From an uncultured Acidobacteriota bacterium (GTDB taxonomy: Bacteria; Acidobacteriota; UBA6911), in the NCBI GenBank assembly GCA_963827655.1, contig CAWHCF010000040.1:10472-74471 (forward strand): a stretch of 64,000 bases of DNA, given 5' to 3'. Numbering within the stretch: the stretch's first letter is position 1; every line of letters begins with the position of its first letter. Position numbers and translations under genes: made by a program. Of this stretch, positions 60,156-64,000 are shown piece by piece. Below the pieces are notes generated by a model. That model was not told the DNA's origin, searched no databases, and worked only from the letters and a program-made list of their open reading frames with translations.

Positions 60156-62893
60156 CGGACGTGTTACGACGGCTGAGGTATTGGATAGAAAGCGCCAGGC
60201 GCAGCGAGGCGCTGCGTGAGGAAATGGAACTCCACCTTGCGGAAAAAGCCGCGGAACTGGAAGCAGACGGTATGACGGCGGAGCGCGCCCGGGCTGAAGC
60301 GCGCCGGCGATTTGGCAACGTCGGACTGAAGCACGAAGAGTCACGGGAGATTTGGATGACACGGTTTTTGTCGGAACTTGGCCAGGATGTCCGCTATGGC
60401 TGTCGCACCATGACCGCCAACAAGGCATTCAGCGCCCTGGCGGTCTTGTCGCTGGCGCTCGGCATCGGGGCCAATACTGCGATCTACAGCTTCATGGAGT
60501 CGATTCTGTTGCGCTCGCTGCCGGTGGCCGATCCCGAGTCGCTGGTGGTCTTGAATTGGCATAGCCGGCCGCCCCAGGACGGCAGCAAGGAATGGGTCCA
60601 CGTCGTGCACGGGGTACAAGGCATTCTCTGGCCGGGCGACAAAGGCGCCATGGTCAGCGGGATGTTCCCGTACGGCGCGTTCGAGACGCTTCGCGAGGAG
60701 AATCCCGTCTTTTCCACGCTCTTCGGATACTTCAACGGACTAAACCGTAACCTGGCCGTCCGCGGGCAGGCCACGAGCGCCAGCACGGAGTACGTCACCG
60801 GCGAGTATTTTCGCGGCCTGGCAGTGTCGCCGGCCGCGGGACGTCTGATCGACTCCGAAGACGACCGTCCAGGCGCAGCGCCGGTCGCCGTAATCAGTTT
60901 TGCTACAAGCCAGAATCGCTTTGGGGGACCGCCGAATGCGATTGGACAATCGATTCTCGTCGATAACGTGCCCTTCACGGTGATCGGCGTCGCGCCGCCG
61001 GAATTCTTCGGAGTCGACCCTGCGGCGGCGCCGGACCTCTACCTTCCGTTGCACACGAATCTGCTCGTGGACGGTGCCGGAGCGGCTCGTATGTATCGCG
61101 ACGGAAACTTCTACTGGATCGAAATGATGGGCCGTCTGCGTCCCGGCGTAAGCATGGCCCAGGCGCAGGCAGCGCTGGCTCCTCGTTTCCATCAATGGGT
61201 TGCCGCCACCGCGAAGACCGACGGTGAGCGCGCCAAACTGCCCGCGCTGATTCTGAATCCCGGCGCCGCCGGTCTGGGTAGCTTGCGCCGCCAGTATTCC
61301 AAGCCTCTGTACGTGCTCCTGACGATGGTGGGATTGATCCTGGCGATCGCGTGCGCGAACATCGCCAATCTGCTGCTGGCAAGGGCCGCCGCGCGACGCC
61401 GCGAAATGGCTGTCCGGCTCAGCCTGGGAGCGGGACGGTTCCGCGTCGTGCGGCAGTTGCTTACCGAGAGTGTGATGCTGGCGTCGCTCGGCGGAGCATT
61501 AGGGGTCTTGTTTGCGATCTGGGGCGTGCGATCGCTGACGTTTCTGCTCTCCAAGGGGCAGGAGAACTTTACGCTGCACGCGGAATTGAACTGGAACGTG
61601 CTGGGCGTGACGGCGGCGCTCTCCGTGGTTTGCGGCCTGTTATTTGGCCTCGCTCCAGCGATTCAGTCGACGCGTCCGGACGTCATGCCCGCGCTAAAGA
61701 ATGGCCGCGGGGGCGGACCGCGCCGCCGCGCGCAGCACGTTCTGGTGGTCGCCCAAATCGCGATCTCTTTTCTCATCCTGGTCGCCGCGGGTCTGTTTGT
61801 CCGGACACTCAACAAGCTGCACTCCGTCCAACTGGGATACGCCCGCGAGAACATCCTTCTGTTCTCGTTGAATGCGCGCCAGGCCGGGCATCGCGACCCG
61901 GAGATCGCCACTTTTTACGCGGACCTGCGCAAGCGCTTCGAATCGATCCCCGGAGTGAGCAGCGCGACGCTTTCGCAATCCTCGATCATCAGCGCCGGCC
62001 GCGCCGGGCAGGCAATCAGGGGGCCAATGAAGATCGGCGCTGTTACCATCGAAGGCGCACGCGTCCTGGCCGCCGGACCGCGTTTCCTCACGACGATGCA
62101 GATTCCGATCCTGGCCGGGCGTGAGATTGACGACCGCGACCAACCGGGCTCCACGCCGGTTGCAGTGATCAGCGAGCGGCTGGCGCGGACTTACTTCGGG
62201 AACGAGAATCCGGTGGGCCGGCGCATCACGTTCCTGGACGAGAAGCGCGATCTCGAAATCGTCGGCGTGTCGGCTAACCTGCGGTACGGTGGTCTGAAAA
62301 ATGAAGAGGAGAGTCCAATGACCGTGTTCGTAGCGGTCAGCCAGATTTCTCCGGACGGAATGACCTACGCGCTGCGCACTGCGGGTGATCCGCTGAGGTA
62401 TGTCAAGAGTGTGCATGAGATCGTGCGGGAGGCAGATTCACGCATACCCGTCACAAACGTGGTCACACAGGCTGCGGAAATCGATCGGACGATCAGCCGG
62501 GAAATCACGTTCGCGAAACTATGCACGGGTTTCGCGGTTCTCGCTCTCCTGATCGCGTGCGTGGGACTCTACGGGACGATGTCCTACAGCGTCGCGCGGC
62601 AGGTCGGCGAGATTGGAATCCGTATGGCTCTGGGCGCGCAACGCGGCGCCGTGGTATGGATGGTTCTGCGCCGCGTTCTACTACTGGCGGCGGTGGGACT
62701 CGCGATCAGCGTGCCTGCCGCGTTGAGCGCGTCCCAGCTTGTCAAATCGTTTCTGTTCGAGACCCAGCCCAATGATCCGGGAACCCTGGCGCTGGCCGGT
62801 GTCGTCCTCCTAAGCGCCGCGATTCTCGCTGGCTATGCGCCGGCAAGGCGAGCGTCCCGAATTGATCCGCTGGCGGCTCTGCGGCACGAGTAA
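60152..62893 (+). CDS. ADOP-family duplicated ABC permease (MacB/FtsX-like)
   Basis: EARRRFGN, LALGIGANTAI, IACANIANLLLAR, EIGIRMALGA, IDPLAALRHE. Confidence 0.92.
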   Translation: MTDVLRRLRYWIESARRSEALREEMELHLAEKAAELEADGMTAERARAEARRRFGNVGLKHEESREIWMTRFLSELGQDVRYGCRTMTANKAFSALAVLSLALGIGANTAIYSFMESILLRSLPVADPESLVVLNWHSRPPQDGSKEWVHVVHGVQGILWPGDKGAMVSGMFPYGAFETLREENPVFSTLFGYFNGLNRNLAVRGQATSASTEYVTGEYFRGLAVSPAAGRLIDSEDDRPGAAPVAVISFATSQNRFGGPPNAIGQSILVDNVPFTVIGVAPPEFFGVDPAAAPDLYLPLHTNLLVDGAGAARMYRDGNFYWIEMMGRLRPGVSMAQAQAALAPRFHQWVAATAKTDGERAKLPALILNPGAAGLGSLRRQYSKPLYVLLTMVGLILAIACANIANLLLARAAARRREMAVRLSLGAGRFRVVRQLLTESVMLASLGGALGVLFAIWGVRSLTFLLSKGQENFTLHAELNWNVLGVTAALSVVCGLLFGLAPAIQSTRPDVMPALKNGRGGGPRRRAQHVLVVAQIAISFLILVAAGLFVRTLNKLHSVQLGYARENILLFSLNARQAGHRDPEIATFYADLRKRFESIPGVSSATLSQSSIISAGRAGQAIRGPMKIGAVTIEGARVLAAGPRFLTTMQIPILAGREIDDRDQPGSTPVAVISERLARTYFGNENPVGRRITFLDEKRDLEIVGVSANLRYGGLKNEEESPMTVFVAVSQISPDGMTYALRTAGDPLRYVKSVHEIVREADSRIPVTNVVTQAAEIDRTISREITFAKLCTGFAVLALLIACVGLYGTMSYSVARQVGEIGIRMALGAQRGAVVWMVLRRVLLLAAVGLAISVPAALSASQLVKSFLFETQPNDPGTLALAGVVLLSAAILAGYAPARRASRIDPLAALRHE

Positions 62894-63051
62894 GACATGG
62901 TCCTTCGTGCCGCAACGAAGGATGAAAATGTTCCGGGCCCGCGTACGTCAATCACGGTAGCCGCTCGCGATAGATGCCGAGCTACTCTGGCGCATTTTGG
63001 CAGCGCACGAGTATGGCCGGATGCTGCTGACGCACAACGATGGTCGCTTGG

Positions 63052-63315
63052 CTAGACAGGTTGACAAACCTCGCTTCGTCGGTCCGCACTGAAGATGTTG
63101 GCACCGCGGGGTGTATAGCCCACGACCAGCAACCGGGCCTTATTGGACATTCCGATCGCCAGGTATCGGTCTTCCGTTCCGGAATGCTCTTCGTCGAAGG
63201 TTTCGATGCGTCGCGAGTCAGCGAAGACCGTAACCGCTTCTTCGAACGATACGCCGTGCTTCCTCAGATTCTCCGCAGCTTTATCGTCGTCCCACTCGAA
63301 ACCATATTCACCCAT
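63052..63315 (-). pseudogene. brnT: BrnT-family toxin with aberrant C-terminus and no BrnA antitoxin
   Basis: FEWDDDKA..N..KHGVSFEEA..EDRY..IG; RIISAR motif absent. Confidence 0.7.
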
Positions 63316-63364
63316 GCTGCGGATAATTAGCGGATAATTATATGTATAACACGATCGCAGTCAA

Positions 63365-63898
63365 TCAGGCGTTCAGGATAGGGAAGTTCTCGAACCTGGT
63401 GACCCAATGAGCAAGGCGAAAGCTCCCGGAATGAGTACAAGGCCATGCGGATCCTCCAGGCCGCCGGCTGCCGCGAGCCAGAGCCCAGCCCAGGATCAGC
63501 GATAAAGGAAAGGAGCCCGCGAGAGCGGCGCCGAGCTCGAAGTTATTGTAGGCTAACGACCAGCCTCCCAGGAGACCTCGACTGTAAAGAATCTCCGGCG
63601 CGCTTTCAGAGTCTTCAGCGTAGTAGGCGTCCGCCACAATGCTGTGAGCGATGGCCCAGACAGAGACGATAATCATGAGCGTGGTGACGAGCAACGATAC
63701 GTCCGGTATCTGCACACCAAAGAGTCCCACCGTCCAGGCCACAAGTTTCTCAGCCAGGAATGCGCATGACACGCAGGTGCCCAGGTTGACAGTGACCGAA
63801 ACCCACCATCCTGCTCGGCGATAAAACCGGGGCAGTCTCTTTCGTGCTTCTTCCCTGCGTTTCCGCTCGGCCTCTCGTTTGGCTGCCCACTCCTTCAT
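63365..63898 (-). CDS. Hypothetical membrane protein (start uncertain, possibly frameshifted)
   Basis: Charged N-terminus followed by 3-4 hydrophobic segments; GGAGG RBS near 63940. Confidence 0.45.
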   Translation of the reverse strand: MKEWAAKREAERKRREEARKRLPRFYRRAGWWVSVTVNLGTCVSCAFLAEKLVAWTVGLFGVQIPDVSLLVTTLMIIVSVWAIAHSIVADAYYAEDSESAPEILYSRGLLGGWSLAYNNFELGAALAGSFPLSLILGWALARGSRRPGGSAWPCTHSGSFRLAHWVTRFENFPILNA

Positions 63899-64000
63899 CT
63901 GGGGCGCTTGCCGCGGTAGGTTTCTTGGCCATTCCTACGCCTCCCATGCTACGGAGGGTCAATCAAAATGAGTGAACCGATGCGGAGTGTTGAGTACGAG

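Noticed and set aside
2186-62775. Many long antisense or alternate-frame ORFs (e.g. 2186-3292, 23099-24520, 47252-48283)
   Set aside because: Shadow ORFs expected in high-GC DNA opposite well-supported genes; no motifs.

Overview
A GC-rich (~60%) bacterial chromosome segment, most likely Acidobacteriota (acidobacterial PadR+ADOP permease pair, Bryobacter/Solibacter-type Ig-repeat cluster; inferred from protein families). Positions 1-52.8 kb are mostly housekeeping: convergent sdhCDAB and frdABCD operons, a radical SAM protein, a Tat-exported PQQ dehydrogenase with a pentaheme cytochrome, an acyl-CoA ligase, a three-gene surface cluster ending in a 14-repeat IPT/TIG protein, gltS, a UGA-recoded UGSC selenoprotein with a redoxin-fusion partner, an MrfA/MrfB-like helicase and exonuclease, a polyphosphate cluster (sixA, CHAD, two ppx, ppk1), hopanoid/isoprenoid genes (hpnA, ispH) and tRNA-Glu(CTC). 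Downstream of the tRNA (52.9-64 kb) is an integrase-less mosaic island. It holds three IS91/ISCR-type right ends, three tRNA 3'-halves (two Cys, one Arg) with arm-like repeats, and passenger segments cut mid-gene. Many intergenic spacers carry short 6/7/9-bp tandem and inverted repeats and TTA/TAA-flanked MITEs. Several accessory genes have 1-bp indels that may be long-read assembly errors. All calls come from reading the sequence; no searches were run.
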